From: Octopus vulgaris
Lineage: Eukaryota
Direction of reading: 5' to 3'
DNA length: 64,000 nucleotides
NCBI GenBank assembly: GCA_951406725.2
Contig: OX597834.1
Location: 14,012,001 to 14,076,000, forward strand
In this document: one piece after another, positions 15,601 to 29,880 of the stretch
Position numbering within the stretch: the stretch's first letter is position 1
How the letters are laid out: each line of letters opens with the position of its first letter
Made by a program: the position numbers and the translations under genes
The notes under the pieces: model-generated
Told to the model about the DNA's origin: nothing
The model's database searches: none
What the model saw: only the letters and a program-made list of their open reading frames with translations

Positions 15601-16282
15601 AGAAGAAAATAGTAGGAGGATGGAACGGTGGGTGGAGGAGGATGTAGGAAGCGAAAGAATTATTGATAATATTACGTAAAAGTTAAAAATATATTAACGT
15701 GTTGAATGAAAATATATTCACATATATCTAGTTTTTCTTTCCGTATTTATGTAGGAATACCATCCGCAACACCTACGTATCTTTATATGCCTGGATCCAT
15801 TCAGACAGCTGCACTTATATCATATAGGTGTGCTTATTGTTTGTATGTATGTGTGTGCGTTGGCGTGGATATATGAATACGTATATGAGTTTATAACACG
15901 GAGTGGGAATGTTTGACTCTAAGATATGTGCGAGCATATTTGCTAGTTAACGTATCTTTGGAGAGTTATTTTTACCTTATCTGTTTTTGCTCACGATCTA
16001 AATATGATTTAAATTATATGATTTCGAAAATTGAATATTTCGAGACGTGTTAGTCAAAACAGACTCCAAATCCAGAAGGAAATATAGAATAAATACTCAA
16101 TTCCATATTGTATAATAATCAGTCATTTCGTTTCTTTACGCTTGACATTCATGCAATGTTCCACCATCTTAAATCCATATCTAGTTTTTCACGCTGACTC
16201 GTTATACACTGAATTCGCATGAATTATTAGCCACTGTATTTTATGACGAAAAGGAAATAACTGGGAGAATATATTTACCGTA

Positions 16283-16501
16283 TACTCTCTTTTACTCTTT
16301 TACTTGTTTTCAGTCATTTGACTGCGGCCATGCTGGAGCACCGCCTTTAGTCGAGCAAATCGACCCCGGGACTTATTCTTTGTAAGCCCAGTACTTATTC
16401 TATCGGTCTCTTTTTGCCGAACCCCTAAGTGACGGGGACGTAAACACACCAGCATCGGTTGTCAAGCAATGCTAGGGGGACAAACACTGACAAACACACA
16501 A

Positions 16502-16546
<45 letters not shown>

Positions 16547-16714
16547 CATACGACAGGCTGCTTTCAGTTTCCGTCTAGCAAATCTACTCACAAGGCATTG
16601 GTCGGCCCGGGGCTATAGCAGAAGACACTTGCCCAAGATGCCACGCAGTGGGACTGAACCCGGAACCATGTGGTTGGTTAGCAGGCTACTTACCACACAG
16701 CCACTCCTGCGCCT
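16283..16714 (-). mobile_element. SINE family A, full length (tRNA-like head, CORE-like CTTGGGCAAGT, internal microsatellite, LINE-derived tail)
   Basis: Reverse complement of the copies at 33108, 34056 and 54324. Confidence 0.92.
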
Positions 16715-17344
16715 ATTTGTATGCTTGTAATTTGTATCGTTCCCTTCTACTGTTGTTTCAAAACGGAAAATAAAGAGAGAATAATAAGTTATGTTTCATC
16801 GGACGTTCCATCATGTCACCTTTAATTAACACATACATCACAAACAAAAATTAGTCAAATCTCTTACTAAAGGTAATAATATATATGCTATGTGTCATTG
16901 AACTATATTAGAGTGTGAATGAAATATAATGCTGAGCTTGTATAATTATTCGTAAAAGTTAAATGTGCAAATATATCTACTCTTCAAAGGATAAGCGTTG
17001 AATATTTATTTGACAGACGGTGACTATTGAATAAACACAGAAGATAGATGATTTACTACAGGTGTGCTACTTTGTATTATGGTATTTCAGCATATGTATG
17101 ACGTATGGGAAATATCTACAAAGGTTAAATGGAAGCCGAACACGTTTCAGTCTAATGAAAGGAATCTAATATTACATCGTGGCTGTGTAGAAAAAAGCTG
17201 GATTCGAAGTCATATGATCGCAGGTTCAGTCCTGCTGCGTAGCACCTTGGAGAAATGTTTTATTCTGTAGCTTCTGGCCGGCTTAAGCCTTGTGAGTCGT
17301 TTTTTGTGGAGTGAAATTTAAATAAACCAGTCGTAACTATCTAT

Positions 17345-17423
<79 letters not shown>

Positions 17424-18454
17424 CACATATATGTTTTAATGCTTCCATATTTTCTACCTACCAGATACAATCAGAAGCGAATTTTATTAAAATTCAAGGT
17501 TTTATTAAATGTTACCATTATCGTGACAGCGAGTTGCACTGAAGAGAGATACGAGAGTGGAAATCGAACTTTTTAATCACAGAACCAACGTTGCCACAAT
17601 CCATACTTTGCTTTTACAGGATGGTGATTACATATAACCATACGTCGCATCAGTTTCTAGTTTAACGACTTATCGTACTGGAAATTTTCAAAGTTTGATT
17701 ATACGTTTAGTCAGAAGATAATCTTTCTTCTGTTATGTACCGGTTGCATAGTATTTTGATTTCCTGTTCTTGTTCTAATTGCACGGATTTAGCATTGCTG
17801 TTTCATCGACCTACGTAAATACATTTGTGGCCAAACCAGCGCCCGAATATTGATTCTTTCACTTCCAAATTCAATATGTTAGTTTATTTTCTATTCAAAA
17901 CCTGTAATCATGCTTTTATTTCTTTAAGTCTTGGCTGCTTCGTTGCAAACTTTGTCTAATTTTTACTTTTTTAGTTTTAGCTTCAGGACAAATTATAGTT
18001 TGACATAATCGTATTGCCTGACGGATAGAATACGCGGCGGGGCCGGATTTAGACATCATTAAACCTACAAAAGCCAATAATCCTTCACTCTCTCTTATCG
18101 ATTCCCAGTGAAAGCTACGCTCAAATTCAATACGGAGTCGTTTCACATATCAACGTCAGCGAAATGTCTATACCAGCATGTTAGAAGACATAAGACTTTC
18201 CTACCGTAGGTGATAATAGCTTCTTGTTGTATCAACAATCCTAGCTTATGCGTATGATCTATTAACTCACTATTCTTCTCCTTCATTTTGATTGCAAACA
18301 TATGCTAGAAGCAGAATCTATCTCTTCCATATTGTTGTCTGTTTTGACTGAATTAAAGTGCAGGCATGTTAAACAACGCCTACAATATCCCATTGCAAAA
18401 TGGTTAACGAACATAATTAAGAAGTAAGAAGACAAAGCTTTATTTAAGAAGGCC

Positions 18455-19022
18455 GGTAATGGGATGGAGGAATTTGGATCTACCATCACTGTGCAACGGG
18501 ACACGCCTGGTGGTAAAGAAATTCCCACATGTTATTGAGGCCACCGTCCATCATTCTCTTTGGATGTGGGAGCATTCGATCGGGAACAGAAATTCCTTTA
18601 TCTTTCAAAAGAGTGCAATTTCCTATTCGTATCAGCTTCGCAATGTCTATCTATCAAACAATCTGAGGGTCAAACATTGCCAGTGGTAGAATTGTTTTTC
18701 TTTATTTAATATATATTTCTTTACTACTCACAAGGGGCTAAACACAGAGAGGACAAACAGTGGCAGACAAAGGGATTAAGTCGATTACATCGACCCCAGT
18801 GCGCAACTGGTACTTAATTTATCGACCCCGAAAGGATGAAAGGCTAAGTAGACCTCGGCGGAATTTGAACTCAGAACGTAACGGCAGACGAAATACGGCC
18901 ACGCATTTCACCCGGCGTGCTAACGTTTCTGCCAGCTCGCCTACTTGTAGCCAGTGGTAGAACTAGAAGAGTGAGGTTTCTCACACGAGCAATGAAATAT
19001 TGAATGCTCTAGAGTTGGAAGC
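18455..19022 (+). pseudogene. Helitron PIF1-like helicase C-terminal relic, frameshifted and interrupted by a SINE
   Basis: Across frames: RNLDLPSLCNGTRLVVKKFPHVIEAT, FKRVQFPIRISFAMSI, SEGQTL, and after the SINE FSHEQ...CSRVG; these match RepHel helicase motifs. Confidence 0.88.
18713..18941 (-). mobile_element. SINE family B nested in the Helitron relic
   Basis: Family B sequence; direct repeat GCCAGTGGTAGAA at 18679-18691 and 18950-18962. Confidence 0.9.
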
Positions 19023-20077
19023 CTCCAAAAAAATAATAAAATAAAAGAATATCTATATATACCAAAGATTCTGGATGAGGCGGGTAATTTATGTAATACC
19101 AAAAGTTTCAATGAATCATTGTACTCCTTTCTGAGTAGGGATATTCTTGGATGTATCTGTGATGAAAAGAACAAAAAAAAACCTGTGAAATATCAGCATG
19201 ATGAATATTTTGTTCGAAGCGACATGGTGTGTAACTCTGTAATGGATGTTACTAATCTTGTAACAGTTCTGCTTGCAATTGCGTGACTTAGCCCGTCTGT
19301 AACGCTTTCACGTGATTAGAGAATGAGAGGGAGAAAAAAAGGGGGAAAGAGAAAAGAAGGAAAGAGAAAAAGAAGGAAAGCGTCCCGGACACGAGGTAGA
19401 AGGATTGTTATTGTAAAGCATTCACGTGATTATTTGAAGAGAAGGAGACGAGGAGGAAGGAAAGAGAGAAAAGGAGGATGAGATGGAGAGTGACACAGAA
19501 AGAGGGAGAAATAAAGAAGTGAGGCATAGAAAAAGACAGAGAGAGAAAAAAGTGAGAAAGAGAGAGAGAAGCGTCCATGGCGTGAAGTTGGGAGAACATA
19601 ATCATTTTAGCGGAGGGATGATGTTATGAAGGTGAGATTAATGAAATGCAGATAGAGAGGGAAGAGTTAGAAAAAGGAAGGAAAGAAAGAGGGGATAGAG
19701 AGGATTAGCGTATGAGGAATACAGGCACAACAGAGGCTACGCTTTCATGTTTTTTGGATAAAGTTTTCCGAAATAACTCATTAGGTTTACCTTTAATTCC
19801 GTGAAATATTCACAGGTCCCGCTAGTAGGAATAAGTAGTTTAAAAATAGTTTTCTTATGCCTAAGCCCGCATACTCTCTTCTTAACCGTAAATCACCCAA
19901 CATTTCCAAATTCTATAGTTGAATATAGCTTTAATCTTAAGATCTACGAGATTGAATTTACCTTAGAATCTTCCGAGTTCACCTTAGTTATACCAGATGC
20001 AGAAAAACTTAGTGCTTGCGTGAATGACGCAATGATGTCTCACGTCGTACACAATATTCTTGTTTTTAGTTTTCTAA

Positions 20078-20330
20078 ATGTTTCAGTCATTTGACAGCAG
20101 CCAAGCTGGAGCACCGACTTTTAGTCGAACTAATCGTTCCCAGGACTTATTCTATTCAGTTCTTTGACCAAACATCTTTCAGTTTCCGTCTACCTAATCC
20201 TCTCACCCAGCTTTTGTCTGTCAGAGACTATAGTAGAAGACACTCAAGCAAGTTTCCACGAAGTTGGAATGAACCTGGAACCACGTGGTTGGGAAGCAAG
20301 CTTCTTATCACGCAACCACGCCTGCGCCTA
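20078..20330 (-). mobile_element. SINE family A, internally deleted
   Basis: Tail and head of family A with the middle missing. Confidence 0.8.
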
Positions 20331-20882
20331 TATTCAACAATATTCCATGCGTCCAGCAGAGATCTGCTCTTCTTAGTGAGTTGTATTGAATTTTATAAAG
20401 ACGAAACATTTTTGCTATAACACTCAAAATACCAAAAATGGCGAATATTCATAAATATGGAAAGGAAGTATGAAATAGCATTTACTTAATTATTTAAACG
20501 TTTTGGAAATGATTATTTAAAGATGACAAAATAAGTTTAAAATTCTGTATTCTCTTCTAATCCTATGCGAATTTTGACCAATCGCGGATTGCCTAAGGTG
20601 GCGCTCAAAATTATTATTACGCACAAAAATTCCGTCTCTTGCTATTGAAGTAAGAGTTGCTATCAGCAGACAAATAAGCTGAAGACAAACATTACCAATA
20701 ATCTATATTTAAGTACCTAACTTCATTGGTAGATTTTAGAAAAAAAAAAAACACACAATGCAATCAAGAGAACCAATACATCGTCTATAGCCTTTGGACT
20801 GCTACCATTATTGAAGACGATAATGCATTTGATAATCAAAAATATACACATATATACATACATATATATATGTGTGTGTATG

Positions 20883-20917
<35 letters not shown>

Positions 20918-21039
20918 ATGTATGTATGAACATATATATGTGTGTGTGTATATATGTATATGCATATATATGTACATGTATATATATATATACATATATG
21001 TGTGTATCCATATATATGTTTAATTTATAGGTGTATGAG

Positions 21040-21077
<38 letters not shown>

Positions 21078-21244
21078 CATATGTACATATATACTTATGT
21101 ATGTATGTTGATATATAGAAATGTGTATATATATATACATATGTATATAAATATACATACATATTCTTGCTATTTTGCGTATATATTTGTGTATATCAAT
21201 GTACATATATACACATACATACATATACATATATGCATACATTG

Positions 21245-21317
<73 letters not shown>

Positions 21318-21705
21318 GCATATATATATATTTATATATATATATATATATGTGTGTGTGTAGAATGAAAGAGAGAGAGAGAGGGAGAGATACGTACATA
21401 CATATACACGCATATATTCCTTATACGTTCATTGCCGTATTGTGTAAAAGACAAACGAATTGTTAACCAGACAGAGACACTTACTTATATTAACCGATTC
21501 CATTGTTTACAAGACATTGTTTGTTTACTGGTGTTTGGTATCCATTCCATTAAAGAGTGTTGTGCACTTCCTTTTACTCTGTTTTATTTGTGCAGAAAAT
21601 AAATAAAGCTATGAATCATAGAAGTTACGTACCATCCCCTTCATTTAGGCAGAGCGGAAAAACTTACGCCACGTGAAGTAATCAACGAATTGAGTACAGG
21701 TATAT

Positions 21706-21922
21706 ATGTGTGCGTGTGTGTTTGTATGCGTGTGTGTTTATGTGTGTGTGCGTGTTTGTGTGTGTGTGTGTTTGTGTGTGTGTGTTTGTGTGTGTGTTTA
21801 TGTGTGTGTGTGTGTATGTTTGTGTTTGTGTGTGCATGTTTGTGTGCGTGTGTTTATGTGCGTGTGTGTTTGTGTGTTTGTGTGTGTTTGTGTGTTTGTG
21901 TGTGTGTTTGTGTGTGTGTGTT

Positions 21923-21977
<55 letters not shown>

Positions 21978-22082
21978 ATTATGTGTGTGTTTTTGTGTGT
22001 TTGTGTGTTTATGTGTGTGTGTGTTTGTGTGTTTGTGTGTGTGTTTGTGTGTGTGTGTGTGTTTATGTGTGTGTGTGTGTGT
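21706..22082. repeat. Imperfect (TG)n array
   Basis: Direct reading. Confidence 0.97.
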
Positions 22083-22273
22083 ACAGACAGCGAGTGTGAT
22101 ACATGGATGAATAAATGCGAGTGTGAGTTTGCGTGTCTATATTCAAATACGTTGTTACCTTTCTCTCGTTAGCCTGCCTCTCCCTCTCTCTCCCTCTCTC
22201 TTCCCCTCTCTGTGGTTCTCTGTCTGAATATACATACACACATACACACACACTGGGTCTTTCCTTTTTCTAT

Positions 22274-22308
22274 GTTTCTGAGGAAGAGCTCCGCTTGAAA
22301 CGTTAAAT
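22274..22308 (+). ncRNA. Minimal hammerhead ribozyme motif in a PLE-like fragment (about 22255-22408)
   Basis: GTTT CTGAGGA A GAGC-TCC-GCTT GAAA CG TT AAAT; canonical CUGANGA and GAAA core. Confidence 0.7.
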
Positions 22309-23316
22309 CCTGTTTCTTTCTTTCCTTTCCTAAGCGTCCAATAATACTATACTTGTTCCACGTCATCGCGTTGTTGTGTTTTCCCTGTGCTTTGATATTT
22401 GGATTAAAATATATATATATATATATATAGGATAGTAAAACGAATGGTTTAGACTTTGTAGCTTGCTGGTAAAGCTTGGTCTCTTTCGCCCTTTTGCAGG
22501 GATCGTTATGCATATGGTACATGAAAGACGGGGTGCTCCTTAACCAGTTGTTGAGTGCCCGAGAGGGATCGATGCTAGATGTGTCGAAATAATTATCGTA
22601 ATTAATAATAAATTCTCGTATATTTCATTTCCCGTCTTTCACTTACCATATATGATAATCTCCGATAATGTCGCCAACTCATAGATGATTGAATTTCTTA
22701 GGATTTACGGCACGCAGTGGATAGTCCAGGAGATTAAATGATCGCAGACTCCTTTTTATTCCTCGCTTCCAATTCTTTTAGCCAAGTTTTTCGCATTCAA
22801 TGCTAACCCAGGTATTTCCTTGCATTTTTATATGCACTATTTTCTATCTGTCGTCTCTGTGGTGAGAACTGTCCATACCTATCACACTGCGTGGGTCATT
22901 GGTGAAATCTAACGAATGCAGTCACATCTACTTGCCCAAGATGCATCGCATTGGGATATATCTCCGAACAATATGGCCTGGAAGCAAACTTGTTATAACA
23001 CAGAGCCCCGAATGCGACATGTATATGAATTTGAGCGTGTATGTGTATGTGCGTGTCTGTGGTTGAGTGTGTAAGGCAAAGCACATAGTTTGACAGGAAT
23101 CTTTACATTTATTAAACAATTTAGAAAAATTAATAAAAACGTTTTATTATGTTGTTGTGGAATTGTAATTTACGATGATAATCTCACATCTTCATGATCT
23201 TAAATAGAAATGTGTTATAATCATTAAAAAAATGAAGTTTGTTTTTAGTCATTTGTTTTTCGTAATTGAATAATTTAACAATAATATTTTTGTTGTTAAA
23301 TGCATTGTTCCTTATA

Positions 23317-23530
23317 AACGCTGTCTGGTACAAAACCTGCTTCTCAGCTGCATGGTTTCGGGTTCAGTCCCACTGTGTGGAACTTTGGGCAGGTGTCTTC
23401 TACAATAGCAAAATACTGACCAAAGCGTTGTGTGTGGATTCGGTAGACGAAAGCTGGATGAAGCCAGCTGTATGTATATATGTATGTATGTATGTACGTG
23501 TGTATGCATGTATGTATGTATATATGTATG

Positions 23531-23564
<34 letters not shown>

Positions 23565-23574
23565 TGTATGTATG

Positions 23575-23608
<34 letters not shown>

Positions 23609-23930
23609 TGTATGTATGTATGTATGCATGCATGCATGTATGTATGTATGTATGTATGCATGTATGTATGGATATGTGTGTGTGTGTATTGTGTCTGTGT
23701 GTCTGTTCATATATGTGTCATTCTGTCCGCTTTGGTACACACACACCCGTCTTGACAACCGATGTTTGACTGTTTGCTCTCCCGTAACTAAGGAGTTGGC
23801 AAAAGTGGCCGATAGGGTTAGTGCTTGACCTAACAAAAAAATAAGGACTGCAATCGAATTATTCGACAAAAATTTCTTCAAAGCGGTGCCCCAGCATGGC
23901 CGCAATCTAATTACTGTAACAAGTAAAGAA
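23317..23930 (+). mobile_element. Diverged SINE family A with expanded internal (TATG)n
   Basis: GGGTTCAGTCCCACTG head and GCGGTGCCCCAGCATGGCCGCA tail. Confidence 0.85.
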
Positions 23931-23984
23931 ATAAAATATTATAAGTGACAAAACTCATTCTGTGTAGAATTTTTTTCTTCTTTC

Positions 23985-24330
23985 TTCCTAGGTCCGTTTG
24001 TGTCTCCGCGGCACACCGAGCATTTCTGTTATCACCAATTGTCTCCGCCTCAGGCCAACCGATATGCTTCTTCCCAGGTGATGTTCAGCGTGTTTAGGTC
24101 TTCTTCGAAGGTAATACCCCCATGTCTTCTTCCGACGGCCTCTTTTCCTCTTACCTTCCAGTGGCATTTAGCCCATGGCTGTTTTGGCAGTTTTAGTACG
24201 TTTCCAGCAATTCTCATCCGTTGTACGCAAGTGCCTTATTCTTGCATACAATTGTACGCGTCTTATTCTTGCTGCCTAGAGGCACAGCTGATGAAATACG
24301 TAGAGTTTTCCAGACCTTAGCTGCGTAGAA
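23985..24330 (-). mobile_element. RTE-clade LINE 3' fragment, degenerate
   Basis: Minus strand encodes LEGKRKRGRRKKTW...TFEEDLNTLNITWEEA, a typical RTE ORF2 C-terminus. Confidence 0.8.
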
Positions 24331-24342
24331 ACATGCTTTTTT

Positions 24343-24469
24343 TTATTTAACATTATTTACATTATTTACATTTGACGGATATTTGCTCTCATCCAGTTTT
24401 CATCAGGTGTCTTCGGGAAATTTCGAACTTGGGTTCTCATTCCTAAGGTATTTTTCGAAGTTGTTGATG

Positions 24470-24503
<34 letters not shown>

Positions 24504-24504
24504 G

Positions 24505-24552
<48 letters not shown>

Positions 24553-24680
24553 TTAATTTTTATTATTATTCTACTATTATTATTATTATTATCATTATTA
24601 TTATTATTATTTTCATTATTTTTATTTTTATTATTATTATTATCAGTATTATTATTATTATTATTATTATCATCATCATT

Positions 24681-24713
<33 letters not shown>

Positions 24714-24812
24714 ATTATTATTATTATTATTATTCAAGTCACTGCCTGGAATCGAATTCAAAATCTTGGGGTTAGGAGCCCGCACTCTTAACCACTACAC
24801 CATATACCGTGG
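24343..24812 (-). mobile_element. tRNA-headed HHR element (family D), copy with deleted ribozyme and expanded (AAT/AAC)n
   Basis: Minus strand: TGGTGTAGTGGTTAAGAG...GAATTCGATTCCAGGCAG, then a triplet array, then GACACCTGATGA with the GAAA half missing. Confidence 0.8.
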
Positions 24813-24856
24813 CTTACAATTTTGAAATTGTTTTTCCCGCGTGTAAAATGTACATC

Positions 24857-25137
24857 GCATATGGCGCTATGGTTAAGAACACAGGCTACTAACCCCAAGT
24901 TTCGGAGTTCGATTCCAGGCAGAGACCTGTATAATCTTCATAATAATAATAATGACATGGAAAAAGTAACTAAGGAATAAGAACCCAAGTTAGAAATTGC
25001 CAACAACACCTGATGAAGGCTTGAGGGTATATCAGCCGAAACGTTGTGTTAACAACAAACAAGCCGAGGACAAATATCCGTTTAAATGTAAATAATGTAA
25101 ATAGTGTACATAATCCCTCCTCTCTTAAATATAGAAC
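24857..25137 (+). mobile_element. tRNA-headed HHR element (family D), complete copy
   Basis: A box TGGCGCTATGG, B box GAGTTCGATTCC, (AAT)n, HHR, AT-rich tail; homologous to 24343-24812 and 29678-29880. Confidence 0.82.
25005..25050 (+). ncRNA. Minimal type-I hammerhead ribozyme
   Basis: Helix I AACAC/GTGTT; core CTGATGA; helix II GGCT...AGCC; GAAA; palindromic helix III ACGT; UU site. Confidence 0.8.
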
Positions 25138-25208
25138 ACTTTATTTTAGTTTCCATACTGAATAGTTTCTTCAAATTGCACTGCGATTTTAATCCTCTGA
25201 CTCACATA

Positions 25209-25378
25209 GACGTAGGATTGCCTGTGTGGTAAGTAGCTTGCTTACGAACCGCATGGTTGCGGGTTCAGTCCCACTGTGTAGCACCTCGGGCGGGTGTCTT
25301 CTACTATAGCCTCGAGCCGATAAAGCCTTTCGAGTGGATTTGGTAGACAGAAACTGAAAGAAGCCCGTCGTATATATG

Positions 25379-25440
<62 letters not shown>

Positions 25441-25668
25441 TGCGTGGGTGGGTGTATGTTCGTGTGTCTGTGTTTGTTTCCCCAACATCGCTTGACGACC
25501 GACGATGGTGTGTTTATATCCCCTTAACTTAGAAGTTCTGGAAAATAGACCGATAGAATACGTACAACTTACAAAGAACATGACATGGTGTCGATTTGCT
25601 CGACTAAAAGCGGTGCTCCAGTATGGCCACAGTCAAATGACTGAAACAATTAAAGTAGTAGAAAGAGA
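25209..25668 (+). mobile_element. SINE family A
   Basis: Head, (TG)n and tail match the family. Confidence 0.9.
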
Positions 25669-26701
25669 GTACATATTGCGGGACACTTGACTGTTATTTC
25701 TAGCATTTCAGTTGGCACCACTTTATCGAAGAACGTTCTTACCTTTCGACAAGCAAAGTATGACACTGCAACTTGGTGTCTCAATTATTCTTGCACTGGA
25801 AAGATATCAAACGCTCCAGTAGCTTTCAATTTTGAAATTGTATTTTCCCGCGAGTAAAATGTACAGCGCAAATTTATCATGTATCCTCTCCAAAGGTAAA
25901 ATTCTAATTTTCTCGAATCAATGACTCAGACATCGGAAAAACTGCAAGCTGCAATTGTCTGTACACTTTCATGAAAATAATAGATAGAAACGATATTGAA
26001 ATTGAGAGGCAAATGAAGAGAGGAGAAAGCTAGGATGAGAGACTTTGCACCAAATATTTTCTGTAATTCGCAGAAACACAATAAGGTAAAATTAACGTTT
26101 GTGAAAAACTGTAATTAGGTATGAGTTAAAACCAATTTGATAGGAATGTAAGTGTGAATAATAAGTTGATGATTGTTATAAAGGAAGCGAAAAACCAAGA
26201 TTAAGTGGAAATAAGTGGTATGAACTGAGAGAGAAAGAGAGACAGACGGACAGAGAGAGGGATAAATTGAGAGAGAGGGAGAGAGAGAGATAAGGAGAAG
26301 GAAGAATACAGGTTGATATAATAGGGTTGAAATAGGAATGTACTAATACTATTTCAGCGTATTCGATTTCTACCAGCCAGGAATGGACTTAGAATATTAA
26401 TTGCAAAGTAATCAGATAGAAATTCAAATTGAGGAAAATATTATTGAGCTCCTGAAGTTGTAGAAAGAGCAAACTGGAAGAGAAATGGAGACAGAGAGAG
26501 AACATAGAACCTACGAGTAGCAAAGGGGATACAGTAAATGTAATGAGGGCTGAATGGGTAATATAAACGGAAGTGTATAGATATCAAACGTAAGTTTGTG
26601 AGAGCAGGACGTTATGATTGCGAGACAATTAGAGATCAATGAAATACAAAAAGATTATAATTGGTTTGAGTTCAAGTCTGGCAATATGGGACTATAGAGG
26701 A

Positions 26702-26746
<45 letters not shown>

Positions 26747-26805
26747 TATATATATATAGATAGATAGATAGATAGATAGATATATAGATAGATAGATAGA
26801 TATAT

Positions 26806-26868
<63 letters not shown>

Positions 26869-27294
26869 TAAATAAATGTTTAACGCAGGTGTAAATCAAA
26901 TATTTTTACTTTCGACACATGTTTCGAAAATTCCACTGATACTATTCAAAAGAATATGGGAATACTCGACTCGAACTTGCAAAGTGGAAATATTTTATTT
27001 TTACCCTTATATCTGGGACGTAGGACGTACCGGAAAAAATGTTTAATGCCCGCCGCCCACCCCCGAAGTAGAGGTAGGTGGATTTTAGCCACACTTCTAT
27101 ACAAGAGGGAGGACAAGATACAATTGATCGAAATTACAAGAGACGGGCTAACAATTCCAGTCTGTTATATAGTTTTAGTATTGTAATCACTAGCGATATC
27201 AAGATATAACTTTGTATTTTGTATTTTATGTGTAGATGTATATATATAGATGTACATGTAATATGTACACATATATATACACATATATACATTC

Positions 27295-27336
27295 ACTAGC
27301 ACTATGACCCGGCAACGACGGGTCTTTAATTCTAGT
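27295..27336 (+). mobile_element. Possible Helitron terminus
   Basis: Hairpin GACCCG-N7-CGGGTC followed 7 nt later by CTAG|T. Confidence 0.4.
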
Positions 27337-28087
27337 ATATATATAGCTGTAATACACAAATGCTCATGGTGAAAAGTTTTGCTTATCGTCTAGCGGAGTA
27401 CAAAGCTAGTATCGATAACACAAAGTAGAGAATAGACGATCAATAAAGTATATTAATCAATGTATCAAATGCACATTGTCCCATATCGAAATTAGAAAAT
27501 CTGATACGATGACGGTTGCTATACATGTTCAGTATATAGTAAATAAATTTGCTTCTTGTGTGATAATTAAATTTGGTACAGAAAGGACTGGAATAAGTAG
27601 TTATGTATTATACGTTTTGCAAACGGAGCATGGAATGCCTATTAGGTGATTTTATGCTGCTACCTAGTTATTCAATGAAATTTTATCACTTTTTCATTAC
27701 GTAATTGCCACATTTAGCTCGGAAACTTATTGCTGAACTGAATTTGCTAGAAGAAACTGGAATACAGTTCTACATTGGAAGGAGAAGTAGGAATAGGATT
27801 TGGTCAAGAAGTCAATCGTTCGCCTTCTCTTCAGGAAATACGTTTATACGTTGAATGGGGTACGGTTTTAAAACGGTCGGTGTGTATATCGGTTTATTGA
27901 GTGGCTTTCTTGAGATTTAGGTGATAAGGAGTTTCACTGTATGGTCGTGTACACACACACTTAAACACACACACACACATTGGAATAAGTACTAGACTTA
28001 AAAAGAACACCAGGTGTCGATTTGAATGCGATGCTCCACCATGGCCGACCTAAAATGACTGAAACAAGTAAAAGTATAATAGAATAC

Positions 28088-28130
<43 letters not shown>

Positions 28131-28132
28131 AT

Positions 28133-28740
<608 letters not shown>

Positions 28741-29677
28741 TATAAATAAATGAAATATCACTGTCCTGAGGAGTACCGAAAAATAACGATATTCCTGTAC
28801 ATTTTTTCACTCAAATTCTACTCCATTTGGAGACCAGGTATCCGGAAAATCTTTCTGAAATACAAATTGGAAAAAAAGGATTTTTCTTCAAGGGCGCGAC
28901 TTGTGAAGAAAGGACAGTCCGGTTAGGGGAGGAGATACCTAGAACATACTCAATAATGCTCATTAATGCTAAAATTCTTTTGAGTAACACGGTATTTTCT
29001 GCAAGTAAGATTCTCCTTAGGATATTATAGACGGTATCATCAAATTGCATCTAAGGCTAGCAGGAAAAGCGACATCAATATAAAAGTGCAATAGGAAGGG
29101 GTAGCTCGTTAAAGGAATCATAATATATCTTATGATATCATATGCCGAAGTGTAATATCAAAGGCGATATTCATTCTATGCGATAATGAGGATAGGCACA
29201 GATGTGTGATTACAAGATTTGCTTCGTAACATGTTAGCTTCAGAAGGAATTCTATAGTGCTAAAACTTGATCAAATCTCTTTTAATTAAGATTCTGAGAA
29301 ACCAAATACTGCGTTTAACTAAAATATTATGCTGAAAATTGGTAAAAATAATGTTTAGCGTGGAATAATTTACAGGCGTTTCTTTTCTATTTTTTTAATG
29401 TAAAACGGTTTAACACTAAAAAATGTAGTCCTTGCTGCATTTGTAAAATAACAGTAATTCCGATTGAAGATATTGTATTTATCTTAAGCTATCATACTAA
29501 AAAAAATATTCAGGTACTTCCTAAGTTGTGTGATAAAAATAAAATTCAAGTTAGTAGCATGAGAATATGTCAATTTGAGTACAAATAGGTCAACATATCA
29601 ATAATTTTAGGGGTCGTTGATCAGCCACTGAGCATCTGTAATACTCAGGGTCTTCGATACAACAAATCCTGTTAATA

Positions 29678-29880
29678 CAGATCTATATTTTAAAAAATGA
29701 GGAATTAGGTACTTTATTTATATTATTTACATTTGACGGATATTTGTCCTCATCTTGTTAACGCAACGTTTCGGATGATATACTCTCCAGCCTTCATTAG
29801 GTGTCTTGGGGAGCTTTTAAACTTGGTTTCTCATTCCTAAGGTATTTTTTGATATCATTATTATTATTATTATTATTATT
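29678..29880 (-). mobile_element. Family D copy lacking its head; HHR at 29760-29805 with G5A core change
   Basis: Minus strand GACAC CTAATGA A GGCTGGAGAGTATATCATCC GAAA CG TT GCGTT. Confidence 0.8.

Noticed and set aside
22555-22600. GAAATAATTATC palindromic motif, possible HHR
   Set aside because: Core too degenerate and helix I absent
26905-26990. GAAACATGTGTC on the minus strand next to a TA array
   Set aside because: No recognisable CUGANGA core upstream
28811-29050. Overlapping non-repetitive ORFs of 67-79 aa
   Set aside because: No recognisable motifs; length expected by chance
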